NCBI GenBank assembly: GCA_023515725.1
Contig: JALDTO010000251.1
Coordinates: 310,001-374,000, forward strand
DNA: 64,000 nt
Direction: 5' to 3'
Origin: Amoeboaphelidium protococcarum X5
Taxonomy: Eukaryota > Fungi > Aphelidiomycota
Position 1 is the stretch's first letter. Each line of letters starts with the position of its first letter. The position numbers and the translations under genes were made by a program. Under the pieces are notes generated by a model. The model did no database searches, had not been told where the DNA came from, and saw only the letters and a program-made list of their open reading frames with translations. Shown piece by piece: positions 12,619 to 25,548 of this stretch.

Positions 12619-14382
12619 TCAAGCAGCGGCGACATTATTCGGTTTAGTCACCTAGTTCCCTTGATACGCTTTAACTGCAGCAGATATTTCTTAATTCTCC
12701 TTAATAACTCCATACTGGCTGTGATAGGCAAATTTAATCGCCTCACTGACATCAACGGGGTTGATTAAGGCGTCCAACTATGAGATCATTGACTGCAGAG
12801 CATCAGCAGAGAGATCTGACTCATGCTTCACTTGCTACTAGATCGTAGCTAAAATTAATGACAAATGAGTTTAAGCTTCAACTGCTGGGTTGGTTGCTTC
12901 ACTTGGATAAGCCTGTTAAAGCTTTCTGGCCAAAAACTCAAGGAATCTGTCCATACCTTCACCGGTGGTCAGACTGACTGCAAACGCGTCCATGCATCCC
13001 ACACCACTTAGACCAGATTTAATACGCTGCTCAAATTCTTCAATAGTCTCATCCGACGGAGCAGTCACCACTTCAGTCTTACCTGGAACTTTAGCACCGG
13101 CGATCTTGAGCGCATTCAATGCAATATCTTCCCTGACTCCTCCTCCAATTTCGCAGACAATCTATTTATTACACACCTTGGCTTCCCAGTGATCAAGTGC
13201 ACCTTTTCCCTTACCCATACGCACACCCAGCGGCTTGGAAGACATTGGATGTGTTGGCAGCACACGCAACCAGAACCTGCCACCCTTCACCTACTTGACG
13301 TGACGATGCAGAGTGGCACGTACTTCTTGCAGGCACTTCTCAGTCAGGCGAACGTCTTCCAACACCCTCAAGCCGTAATCGCCATACTTCACGTCATTAC
13401 CATCCGTGTTGCCGTCTAGTCTCAATGGAATTCTACCTCGGAAAGCAGTTCGCTTCACATCATCGCCTTATGGACTAAGAGGTGCCTACTTGTATCTCAA
13501 CTTGGCAGGTCCCAAAGGTGTTCTGATACTAACCTGATCTCGCTTAGTTAACAGGAGCACGGTATCTTGATCAATCTGATCCTGAATAATCTGAGGAATC
13601 AGCAGCTTATTCTTGGACTTGTACAACTGAGGCATATCAAGCAACATCAGTTTCATGTTAGGCTTCTGATCTTATTTTGCGACTTGCGATAACTCCACAG
13701 GATACCCAGCAATCCTAGTTCTCACCATGTCACTTTAGCCATTGTTGGGACTGATTAGATCTAACAATGCCGACTTACCAGAGCTGTCAGTTCCAGATAA
13801 ACTAATGCTATAAAGCGAATTCACATGACCACTCAGAAAATCTATATCACTGCAAAAACGCGATACAATATCCTTCACCAGAGCATCAACTTTTCCCTTC
13901 ACTTCAGTACTTTCAGTATGACATTCGCGTAAATCTTTCGCTTTTTGAATAGCTTCTTTGATAAGTTGCAGCTAACACGAAAGACCATACTGAATAAATT
14001 GATTCTAATTAGGGAAGTCTGAAAGTCTTAATCGGTCTTTGTTGTATCTCATAACGTCATCTGTGGCAGCTAAGCGAATATCAGCATCATTGTCGCTTTA
14101 CACGCGTAATTATTTTTAGATTGTATTTAAATTCTACTCATTATCAGCAAAGACAGATATTGTTCTATTATCCAGGATAGCTAGACAATTCTCGCTTTAA
14201 GACACCAGTGCAGCACTTGCCACCTTGCCGTTCTATGAAGACTACATCTGCCCGGTTAACTTCTAGAACGCAGATACGCGTTTAGGGCCATAAATCTCCA
14301 TCACTGGACCTTTAACTAAAGCCAGTGAATTCTAAAGATTCTACACCTATGGCTTCCTGAATATCGAAGTAATTTGGCTCAT
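12619..14382 (-). CDS. Degenerate MnmE/GTPBP3-like protein with a mitochondrial ribosomal uL16 domain inserted in its G domain, 587 aa
   Basis: Single TGA-free frame. G1 [17 protein letters not shown]4 LLTKRD, then uL16 ([29 protein letters not shown]), then G5 [11 protein letters not shown] and a helical C-terminus. Confidence 0.85.
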
Positions 14383-14610
14383 TATGATGTATATCTCTGT
14401 GGTCTTTTGCCCAGAATTCTATCGCTGATCACAATAAAATCAGAAAGTCTCGCGTTTACAAAGCAGAGCGGTTCCTATATTACGGTTTTACGCGACGTCG
14501 CTCTGAGGGAGGATGTTGCTTAGGACTTTTCACGGAAAGCTCTCAAATGGGCGCGAGAACACCCTCTTTGTCAAAGAAACGTTTCAATAAAATCTTACCA
14601 GGTAGTGCAA

Positions 14611-15102
14611 ATGTCCAAGTATAAAAATCCAGCCTGTACTGTTGATGCTCTACTTCTTAGAAAGCGTGATAAAGTTTTTGACTTGCTGGTGATTAAAAGG
14701 AAGAAAGATCCATTCGCTGGTCAATATGCTCTACCCGGTGGATTTGTAGATTATGGAGAGGATCCGGAGAAGGCGGTGTTGAGAGAGTTAACAGAAGAGA
14801 CAGGACTGAACACTGATGGTGCTCAAGTTACACTGTCTTCAGTCCACGGTAGTGCTGAACGTGATCCGCGCGGGCATACTATTTCAATCGCTTACGCTGT
14901 TAAACTCACACACAATGACTATGACAAGATTCAAGGCTCTGATGATGCCGAGTCTGCTGAATGGATAGAAGTGAAAAAGTTCTAAAACAAGACTGAACAA
15001 CTTGCCTTTGATCATCAAAGTATCGTTGATCATTTTATGTCGTGGTTCTAGAACGGTTCCCCATCAGGTCAAGATCAAGGATACTTTATGACATCGAAAT
15101 GA
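14611..15102 (+). CDS. Nudix hydrolase (ADP-ribose pyrophosphatase-like), 163 aa
   Basis: Nudix box PGGFVDYGEDPEKAVLRELTEETGL; RDPRG; LAFDH. Confidence 0.92.
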
Positions 15103-15320
15103 TATTTATTACTATTGCCGATATGAATTATATGACAGTGCACAGTCTGGCGTTTGAACTATGAAGACCACGCTCTGGTGGTGTGCTATAAATAAATCCT
15201 GTTTCACTCGCTGCTTGGAGATCACCAATTTTCAACTAATCAACTCCATTTAGTCCAGTCCAGTTCTTTATCGCCTCGTATTTCCATATTAGAGACATTT
15301 AAAAAATTAATTGTAAAATC

Positions 15321-18300
15321 ATGTCTGATATTATAGAAAAATTGAGACGTGAGAGGGAAGAAAGATAGAAAAAATAGGCTGAGGAGATGGCTAAATTCGA
15401 AGCTGATTTGAAGAGTAAGAGGGAATAGAGGCTGAGAGATAAGATGCTGTCAAGTGAAAATAAAATCACAGCTGCTCCCATCTCGTAGCAGGTGAGCAAG
15501 ACTGCAAAAATAGACACCACCACAAGTATCCTAAAATAGATAAATAGCTCCTTATCCCAAGTGGAGGCCAGTTAGAATATGGCCAGTCAGTCCATCATGA
15601 ACTTGAACAAGGACTTGCAGAGAAAGCAGCAGCACAGAGAAGACGAGCAGCAGAAATGGTCAGATCTGAAACGGCAAGATCGCCTGAAACATTTGGAACG
15701 GACAATGAAGCTCGACTCTCTCGCCGCGTCGTTCAAGTTTGGACGAACAAGGCCGAAGCGTTTCGAGGTGAATCCCAAAGAATTCTATGATTTGGATTTC
15801 TCATATGATGCCAATGGTAGAGATTAGTCTGATTCTGCGAATAATGCTTTGAAGAATATCTCTGAGCGTGAATAAGAGCTGCTCGCAATGGTGTAATCCA
15901 GGGAGGATGAGTTGCTTCAAGATCCTGATGCTTTGCACAGTCTTATATCCAAGGGTGAGCTGATTGTAAAGGGAATGAAAGACACTGCGACTTTTGGATT
16001 GTTTGGTAAAGATTAATAGGAATCCCTCATAAAAGCATAGATATAAAACAATCGCGTTGATAATTATAGTGTTAGTGATACTGCACAAGATGATCATCTT
16101 TTAGCTTCTCCTCTAGCAGGTGATGATGATCAGCCTCAGCTTCGTGAAAATAGATTCAAAGAGAGAATGAAAAGCTCAATCCAGAAGGTGGACTATTCAG
16201 AGTATTTCCCGTCTAACATTGGTTTGGTTGAAGGCGTCTTTGTGTTTAGAATTGAGGACATGTAGCCGGCTCAGCTGATGTTGTCAAAAGATTCTGTTTA
16301 GCTCAGTGTTGGAGATTGTTACATTGTGCTGAAAGTATTTGAGAACTAAAATAGTCAGCTGGATTGGAGGATATTTTAGTTTGTAGGCAAGTAGGCTTCA
16401 ATGGATAAGTAAGCTTGTAGCGCTATTTATGCAGTTGGCCTTCGAGATTTATTGCCGCAATCGTCATCATTAGGAGTGAGATCTGATATTTAACGCGAAT
16501 AGTCCGGAGAAGAAAGTGAAGAGTTTCTTAATGTCTTTAGAGCTCTTGGTTTGGATTATCATCTATCTGATGCATCCCAGGCAGCTTCTGGTGGTTTGTA
16601 TAGAGTACTTGAACGTGAATATCCTTTACTCTGCTATCAGGGACGTGTTTCTTCTTAACGTCACAGAAGATTAGTATTTCGTTTGGTTGAGTCTAATTTT
16701 CTAGCATTCTCTTCCAAATATAGTTACATTGTTGATGCTGGTAAGTCAGTCTATGTTTGGTATGGTGCTGAGTCTCTTTTAAATGACAGAGCCAAAGTTC
16801 ATCTGCAAGCTCAACTTATAGTCAGTAATGAGCGCTCCTCAATAATGACATCCGCAGTGCAAGAAGTCCATCAGGGGAGAGAGTTTGAAAACGAAGACTT
16901 TATGGAATTATTTTCTGATTGTCAATTGTAATCTATATCAGAAGAAGAAGAATCCGAGACTGATGAAGTATCTTAAGGCATCATTGACGTTATATTGCGA
17001 GAGATCAGCGCTGAGACTTTGCGAGATGTCAAAAAGACAAAGTCGCTGGATATTGCTAATCTCTAGATTAGATCGTTAGACTTTATTTCTCTAAGTGAGG
17101 AATGTTGCTACTTGCTTGATTGCGTCAGTCAGATATTCTTATGGGTCGGTCATCAATGTAGTGACTAAGTCAGAACGATTGCTGAATAGCTTGCTTTGCC
17201 ATTGTTAGTGGAATCTTAAACACGGCCTGGTTATATGTAAATAGTTAAACTTTATTAAAAGACAGAGACGGAGATTTTTAAATCTTATTTCAACAATTGG
17301 CCATAAATTTAAGCTGGTAGCCAGTAGAGTCGCGATAATCAGGCAAATGGTGAGTAAAAGTCGGCTTTCTAGACAAGAATTGATATCAGAGCCATCTACG
17401 ATTAGAGTCCTGGTGGAAGGCTTACGCGTAAAGAAGAGGAATTTTATCAAGAGTTATTTACGAGAGCCAATAATCTACTCCTCAGTTTTAAAGTATTCAG
17501 ATATAGCGAGGATAGGAGAAATTTTGTTGCAGCTCAAGATTGGAATGTTGATCTTCCAATATCATCATCCTCACCCACAGCTGATGGTTCAGATTTTGGC
17601 CACTTTTGCAGTGATCAAATGTACATATTTCTCTGTGTCTACCGAAAAGTATAGAAATAAGAAGATGTTGAGGGTGGCGATGTATCTGGCGACCCTGACA
17701 ACGTCCCTTTGGATATGCAAGAGTGTGTCACTTATGTCTGGACTGGGAGACATCTTCAGACGCCATCCATTGCGTACTTGAAATTCCAACATCACTTTAA
17801 GGATTAAATTAAAGCACTGATCTTATAATTAAGTGGTGGTAAGTCGGATGTTCGTTTCGTTTACATGAACTAGGAGAAAGAGTCTTTAGCTCTATGCGCT
17901 CACTTAAGAAAAAGTATTATTGTACATTGGGGATCTTCGTCAGCTTCAGGTAATGTTTCTGACGAAGGCTTAGCTCGGCTATACCATATACGAACTGATA
18001 TCAAATACAAGGTGACTAGATGTATTTAAACGACACCCATGGTGAAGTCTCTGTGTACCAGGGATGTGTTTTTATTGATAGGACGTCAATAGAAACCATA
18101 TCTTTGGATAGGCAATGGTGCTAGTAAAGAGGAAGAGAAATTGGCTAAGCTTGTCGCATTGAAATGTCTTCGATTGGATCAAGAGGCGGACATTAACAAG
18201 CATGTGCAAGTTTTCAAAGAGAAACTGGAGCCTGATGAGTTTTGGCATCAGCTCGGGCCCGACTTTGAGAAAGTTAAACTGGCCCCAGGAGCTAAAAGTA

Positions 18301-18902
18301 TCGTATCGCTTGGTCAAGGATATTATTATTCATTGCCACCACCGCGACTTTTTAAATGCTCCACCGCATCAGGATCATTTGTTGTCACAGAGCTCACAGC
18401 TGGAAATAATGCTATACTATATGCTGATATATTAGGTTCAGGCTAGAATGGCGACTAATCGGTGTTCTGGTTAGATTCTTGTCCTGGTCGCGGTAAGCCA
18501 TATCTGGTATATGTTTGGATCGGCGCGCAAGTTTCTGATGTTGTTGTGAAATTGGCAAAGAAAGCTTTAGATTCGTATCTATAACATTTGGCTGACGGAA
18601 GATCTTTAAATTTCAGTGAATGGGATGAAGATGCGCGACGCCTGGAGACTTCTAAACGGAGTGCTGCGGTAGTCAGGCACGATGTGGTCATTGTCAGATA
18701 AGGCTCAGAGCCTGACGAATTTCGTGCATTCTTTCATGGCTGGGGATCAGATTTTAGCATTAGTACTTAAGGAATGACCAATTTATAGATTATTTCACAG
18801 CAGCGGCAGAAGTTGATTGATTAGTATATCATTGGTAGATAGATGTAAGAGCCACAAAGCGCGTTTTAAAGGGGTGAACTGAAGGAAGGTCAATTAGTAT
18901 GA
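15321..18902 (+). CDS. Gelsolin-repeat protein, flightless-I-like C-terminal part with coiled-coil N-terminus, ~1193 aa
   Basis: DYSEYFPSNIGLVEGVFVFRIE (FliI-like), GDCYIVL, YIVDAGKSVYVWYG, PRLFKCS, QGSEPDEFRAFFHGW. Confidence 0.85.
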
Positions 18903-18977
18903 TGAAATACCTAAAAATTTAATAGAAAATTCATGCATATTTTATTTTATCAGCAAATCATCATGTCACTCTCTAAA

Positions 18978-19457
18978 TCAATGCATCTGAACGTGAGCCT
19001 CGCGAATCGGGGAGAGGAAACTTGGACGTCTCATGATGGATGAATTATTGTAAGGCATACCATTATATAGAGTGACAATAGAACTAGCAGGAGAATTTGG
19101 TGGCGTAGGCGCGTACATCAGCGTCTTATTCGGTGAAGGTAGCTACATGATGCGCGACCACGATGATAGAGGAGATGCGTATAAAATTGTACGCGTCAGA
19201 TCAGAGTCTTTTCCATTGATCGCATCCAAAGCAGACGAAACTCTTCGCTTACAGCTAATATATGGTGTGCCGGCTGGAGGAGCAGAATAGGCCGTCTATC
19301 TCTGATTATTAATTTCCGCAGCCGCAGCTACAGACTTGCGACGATTGTGTCCAATAGAAAACGCAGTTGTTTGATCTTTAGCCTCCAAGTGCAGCATTCT
19401 CGGAAATGTCATCACCTACAAAGTGGATCGCTTATCAACTGACGCAGATTTAATCAT
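18978..19457 (-). CDS. Hypothetical Ser/Pro-rich protein, 159 aa
   Basis: TGA-free frame MIKSASVDKRS...RRPSFLSPIREAHVQMH; no recognisable domain. Confidence 0.55.
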
Positions 19458-19704
19458 TTTTATATGTATTATCTATTTCTATGCTTCAGGATTAAATGTG
19501 TTTAGAGAGTAAAAGATGGATAACCTGCTTTTTCTGACATTGTTGTAACGTATGCTGCAGCGTGACCATTTTTAGCCAATGATTCGCGCAACGATGTTAC
19601 ACCATCACACGTTTCGATCAGCTACGACGTGAATCTTTTAACAACCGCTAGTGCACCTGTAGCTGTTATATGTTTTTGAGTCAGCTTCAAATTTAGCTCG
19701 ATAT

Positions 19705-20244
19705 TAGGGACTTTGCGAAGCGACTTTTCCTTCGTTAGTTTTCCTTCCCAAAACAAACAAGTTAAGGAAATTTGACGAAGGAATTCTAATGCATTTTGCG
19801 AAAAGATTACCTTCAAAAAAAATTTGTATTTTATTGTTTTCAAACCATGTAAAATGGTTTATCGATACTATATCACTTACTGAAAGTTACTTCCTTGCGC
19901 CCCACATACTTGCCTTCTAGTTCATTAATACTGCGTTGTCGCTGTTAGAACTGTTCTATAATTTTTAGCTGGAATCGAAATCCTGCATAAAAGGGGTGCA
20001 AGACACATTTTCAGCAAAAATACTATTGATTTTCGTTGTCAACGATGTTATAAACCTATATGAAGAGTTAATCAGATCTCAATATTAAAATTTCAACGAA
20101 GGAAAAGTGGCCTTTAGAATTCCTTCCCGGAAGGAAATTTGGAGCCAGTTTTCCTTCGTCGCGCGCGCTTTTCCTTCGTCGCTTTGTTTGATCCGTCAAA
20201 CGAAGGAAAACTAACGAAGGAAAAGTCGCTTCGCAAAGTCCCTA
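19705..20244. mobile_element. Non-autonomous DNA transposon (MITE), 540 bp
   Basis: 43-bp perfect terminal inverted repeats TAGGGACTTTGCGAAGCGACTTTTCCTTCGTTAGTTTTCCTTC; repeated subterminal CGAAGGAAAA motifs; no convincing internal ORF. Confidence 0.9.
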
Positions 20245-20374
20245 TTTACATGCTTTAACATCTTTACTCTGTTCAAGATAAGAATTCTTTCAAACGCTAA
20301 ATGTCGCTGTCAAAGAGAAATACTTAATTACGCATATCATACTTTCAATACATTAGCAACGCAAGTCAAAATCA

Positions 20375-22018
20375 TCAATTCTTTTACTGCTGAGTCTTTT
20401 TACGCGCCTTCTCGACGCTTTTAACGTACTCACTGACGGCCTTTTCCAACTTCTTGGCGCGGTTCACTTCGCCATGTCGCTCGTCACTAAGCTTCGATTT
20501 CAGTACTTCATACTTCTCAGCCAGTTGTTGATACTTCTGATCCTGTTGCGATTTCAACACATTCGCTTCAGTTTCCAGTTTATTAATCAGATTTTGACTT
20601 GATTCCAGTTGATTAGTCAGGTATTCCACTTGAGACTTTAACGATAGTTCAGAATCGCTGACGAATTTCTAAAATTTAAGGATATCAACTCTTCCATTTT
20701 CATCAATTTCATACTGACTTCCAGTCTTGTCAAGTAAATCTTACAGTGAGCGCTTCAATTCCTTATTTTGTTACTCCAGCTCTAACAGACCATTTTGATG
20801 AGCCGGATGTGGCTAATCAGCTGATGCACTTTTGTGCTTTTACAACTAAGGAGATTTTGAATTAGATCTTGAATAACTCTGATGGTGATCTGATGAGCCA
20901 GCAGCTTATAATTTCTATAGCAGAATAGATATTTACTACTGAGAAGACTCTCTCTCTTGAGAATACTCAGCTTCTTGCTATAGCAGACGCTTCTCAGCTA
21001 TCTTGCGCCTGCTTATTTGTACTTTAAGTTGCTTTTTCAATTGCTAAACTGTCTCTTACGCATCAACATTCTCAATATCATCCTCTTACTCCACATCAGA
21101 GCTGGCAGATTACGAAGGTGTTCGCCTTTATGAAGTCCTTAGAATACTTTTCATAGATTGCCTGAGATCATCATTCTTATCCTCTTAGGCTTCTAGAACA
21201 CCCTAATTAGATGTAGCTAATCCGGCATTTCGTTACAAAGCGAGTCTGATACTCTATTAAATATCATCCGGCACTTCAGAGCCATCAACTTGCAACTGCA
21301 GCAGAGTATAATTATGATGAAACATTTTCACCAATTATTTACCACCATTTAGACCAATGTTATTCCAACGAAGATCCAGATTAACCAATGATTTATTACT
21401 CTTCATGGCTTCATACAATGCCAGACATCCATCAGGTCCAATTTTGTTATTGCTCAAATTCAGGTACTGGATGGAGCGATTAATAGCAATACCATCAGCC
21501 AGACTTTACATGGCAGTTTCCCATAGACCAATTTGATTCCATTCCAACGACAACCAAGTCAGAGTATTACTCAACTTTAAATACTGCGCCAGAGCTAGAG
21601 CCCCATCAGTCCGGATATTGTTACCTTTGAGATCTAGCTTTTATACATTAACACTATGCTTAAGTGCCTGGCAGAGCACTATGCAACCATCATCGCCCAT
21701 TTAACAATCAGATAGACTGACAACTTGAAACAATTAATCATTCGATAAAGCTTCACTCAGTGCCTTGGCCATCTTGAGATCAAGCGATTAGCCAGACAGA
21801 TCAAGTATCCGGCTATATCGCTGCTATTTAGTTGATGGAGTTGCATCAATGCTATCATTAATATCAACGATGGCTTCTTATAAGGAAGACGGCTTAACAT
21901 AAGCAGCATCAGGCCCTTCGCCTGCATTCTAAAGCGTTAAACTGTTCACTAATGTCGCCAGCGGCTCAATCCCCAGCTCTCTACAACTCTACTCGTATGC
22001 CTCCCTAAATGCAATCAT
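20375..22018 (-). CDS. RNI-like LRR + coiled-coil protein (LRRC45-like), 547 aa
   Basis: LDLKGNNIRTDGA, LSLEWNQIG, LDLRWNNIG repeats followed by a long coiled coil. Confidence 0.8.
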
Positions 22019-22367
22019 AATTCTATTAAAATACTATCCAGGTGGTTGTTTTCAATTTCCAAAACCAGCGCAAGAGAAACCGTTTCAGCTTATGATATGC
22101 AGATGATTCTTCAACAGCTGTGAAACAACTCGCGCAGAAGATCACTTGATGCCAACAGTAGAAGCGAAACCGTTTCAGGGGCTTCATCATTTCTCCATCG
22201 CTGTAGTAAGTCGTTCATTTAAAACGGCAGCGCCACAAATTGTCTAAGCCACTCTAGAATTTATTGATTGTTTAATTATTAGGTAGTTAGATCCTCTATT
22301 CTCTTTATCATCTAAATTCTGATCCGTGGGAATACAGCGCGTTCTTATTAATATTGATTGCAGTAGT

Positions 22368-23522
22368 ATGGGTGATCTAATGATTAGCATGGAGAATGAC
22401 TTTCTGGACTTGTCTTAGTATGAGACATAATAACACGTTTCTGGCTTGGAGTAATTACAGTAAATTTAGAGCGGATAAGTGACTAGTACCAAGAAAAAAG
22501 GACCTCTAGTTCCCAAGATTTAGACAAGTTTTGATCATTATGAGCAGTCGCTTAATTCGCTGTCTGCTTTAAACATTAGTGGCATAGATTTTTATAATCA
22601 ATTCCTGAAGGTATCCGCTCAGTCCCCTCGATCCGCGCGGACACCCAAGACACCGCTATTTGTAAAGTAATTCGGCGCACATAACTCTGCTTTTGCTGCC
22701 AATAATTATCTCAATAACGGAGAATCTTCGAGTTTGTAATCTGGTGGACGCGTCAAGCTTCTCTCTCCAACTACTCCCGCAGTGGCTGGTGGTATCGGAG
22801 GTGCGAATGCTAATTCTATTGGCATCTTTGTGGATAATGGTATTCTTACTCCGATATTTGATCAATTTCAGTAGAGAAATGCCTTTTAGAATTAAGCTAA
22901 TAGTGGTGGCTTTTTGAGTAGAAATAGTTAGGATAGTTTGCCAGACTTAAGTTCTCAGTTGAGTCAACACTAGCAAACATATGAACCATCGCATCAAGTT
23001 GACACTGTTCAAAATTTTGGATTGATACAGTAGAATTTACCTATTGGCGCTGTAGATTTTGATCAGTACGTGTAAGATTAACATTTGCAGTAGACTTTGC
23101 AAGTACCTGCTTAGAATAAGAATTTGGTCAAGTACTTGAAGAGTCCCAATGGAGGCCTTTATTAGAAAGTCTGGTCTCCGTCTGTTGTTGATACGAGTCA
23201 GGTTAATGGTAGCGATTCTGACTTTGATATGCATCATCTTGGTGGTGCGTATAACAACAACTGGTAAAATCAATCCAATGAAAATGCGAATATGAAAAAG
23301 TATCATTGTCCACATGCTCCTGAGTGCCCGCATACGTTTTCAAGGCGACATGACCTCCTGAGGCATATGCGTCTTCATTCTAATGACGCTTAATATCAGT
23401 GCTCTAAATGTGGAAAGCGATTCACACGTAAAGACTCGCTTAAAAGACATATGGACGTGAGTGATAGATATGGTGGCAAATGCAGATAGTCTCGCGGACG
23501 TGTCCCAAAGAACATGGCGTGA
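22368..23522 (+). CDS. C2H2 zinc-finger transcription factor, 384 aa
   Basis: Q/N/S-rich N-terminus; CPHAPECPHTFSRRHDLLRHMRLH and CSKCGKRFTRKDSLKRH. Confidence 0.88.
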
Positions 23523-23667
23523 GATTTGCAATTTATTGTTTTACTTAAAGGTGAAGACTACAATAAAAGTATCATACTTGGTTATTGCGTTGATTATATA
23601 TTTTTTAACTTCTGTATTCACTTCATTAATACTTTAAACTGAGTTGAGCATAAAGACATCCACCTAA

Positions 23668-25329
23668 TCAGTTACCAGTACGCGTCTTCTTGCGATTTCT
23701 TCCATGTTGCATTCCACCTGAAGCACCTCTCTTTCCAGAGTGGCGATCTGACTGTGATGGAACATACACATTTGCAGACCAATACTCTTCCTCTTCTGCG
23801 CCAGATACAAGAGACAGATCAAACTTGCACTCCAACTGCTTGTCGGCGGCGTCAGATCCTGATGGTGTAGCAATGTACTTCAAAGACTCCAAATCACTGC
23901 TATGCTATTCCAACAGCTCTTTAGCCTTGGCATCATACAGTCTAACTAGACCAGACAGCTTATTCTCTGCAGCCTCCGTCTCCAAAGGAAAATCAATGTA
24001 CTTGATCACGCCGAACTTGGCTGCAAAATAATCCTTCAACTCATGACGCGTAGGCAATTAAATCTTATCACTACCAGCACTCAAATCAACTTCAACTCCA
24101 TCAGAGTCAACAATCTACTTCACCTAAAACTTAACCAGCTTGTTGTGGTCAACAAAAGTGTTGACTACCTCCATTTCTGGAACCAAATACAATTTACCTT
24201 TAATAACAACAGATTCCTACTATTCACTTTCACCATCAGCCTTCTTCGTATCCAATGACAGTTTGAAGAATGTAAACTTCTCCACAACCTTCTTGGTGTT
24301 ATTGGATGCAAACTTGACAATAAATTTCACTTTCTTCAAGATGCTTTTAGCAGCGCCTTCAGACTACTCCTACTACTATTACTCCTATTCCGGCTGATTC
24401 TCCTAGCTCTGCTCATCAACCTTCTCAGCCTTAACATGTTACAACGACACGACGTAATTACTGTCAACAGAGTTCAACTCCTTGCGCAATGACAGAATCA
24501 GCTTGAAAAGTAACTCCTAATCAGCATCAACATCCAAACTCTCTGGCAAAAATAGCTTCACCTTTGCACAGGTGGTCACCTTCAACTTGGCCTATTCTTC
24601 AAGATACGACTTTTTATCCAAAGCAGTAATGGTGCGATTAGATCCATCAGCGACAGGATATTACAACAGCTTCTTGGCAGACAGATCAGTCAGCAACTTG
24701 ACGTCCTCAACACGCTTCATCTCAACCCAAGCCTATCCGTTGAAGCTGCGCTACTTATTAGCACCCTCTGCAGATTCACCATCAGTCTTTTTAGCACTGT
24801 GATTTCCCGGAGTAATACGATGCTACATCTTGATCAGAGCAACTCCGGCATAGGAACTCTTCGCATCACCTTCGGCAGAGGATTCAATAACCTTCAACAC
24901 TTCGGTATTAAGAAAATTCATCAAATCATCCAGCGAGGCAGTGAAAGGGAAATTAGTCATGTGCATAGTCACCGCGTCAGACTTCTCTTGCATAGCTTGA
25001 GGATCAGCAGTGAGATCGTAAGGAGTCAGTCTGCCCACAGTCTTTGCATCGCTATCAACCTTCAGCTCCGAAGACTTGCCCAATGCTTCGATAAGCACAC
25101 TGATCTGCGTATCCTAATCAAATGCATCGCTTTCCACATTCTCGGATTCTTGTTGATATTACTACAGCAGAGATTGGACGCGCTTAAAGGTCAACAACGT
25201 GGCCAGAGGAATCTGCTCACTTTTAGCCAATTCGATACGCATGAAATTGTCCCTCTTCAGATTGCTATCGCTAAAGTAAAACTCAATCTACTACTACAAT
25301 TTACTATTTATCAATTCAGCGGCAGTCAT
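23668..25329 (-). CDS. La-motif RNA-binding protein (La/LARP7 type: LaM + RRM + C-terminal xRRM), 553 aa
   Basis: QQIEFYFSDSNL (La motif); RRM1 MTNFPFTASLDDL; C-terminal VIKYIDF...LVSGAEEEEYW. Confidence 0.88.
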
Positions 25330-25548
25330 TATGATTACTATTGATATCACGTTGTTCACTAAGAATTCAGTTTGATTGATTAGAGAAAAGAAGCCAGTGT
25401 GCTTTAGCTGAGTGAAGAGAGAAAAACGCGCAAATTTCTGCTTGAAGATTTCTCCTTGATATGTGAACAAAGTCACAGCGGAATTCCTTTGCTATCACAG
25501 AGCAGTATATATTTTAATTGAAAGAATCCTATATTTTGAGTTTTCATT

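Noticed and set aside
20375-22018. LRR gene as the split-off LRR half of the neighbouring flightless-like gene
   Set aside because: RNI-type LRR plus coiled coil on the opposite strand; resembles LRRC45, not FliI LRRs.
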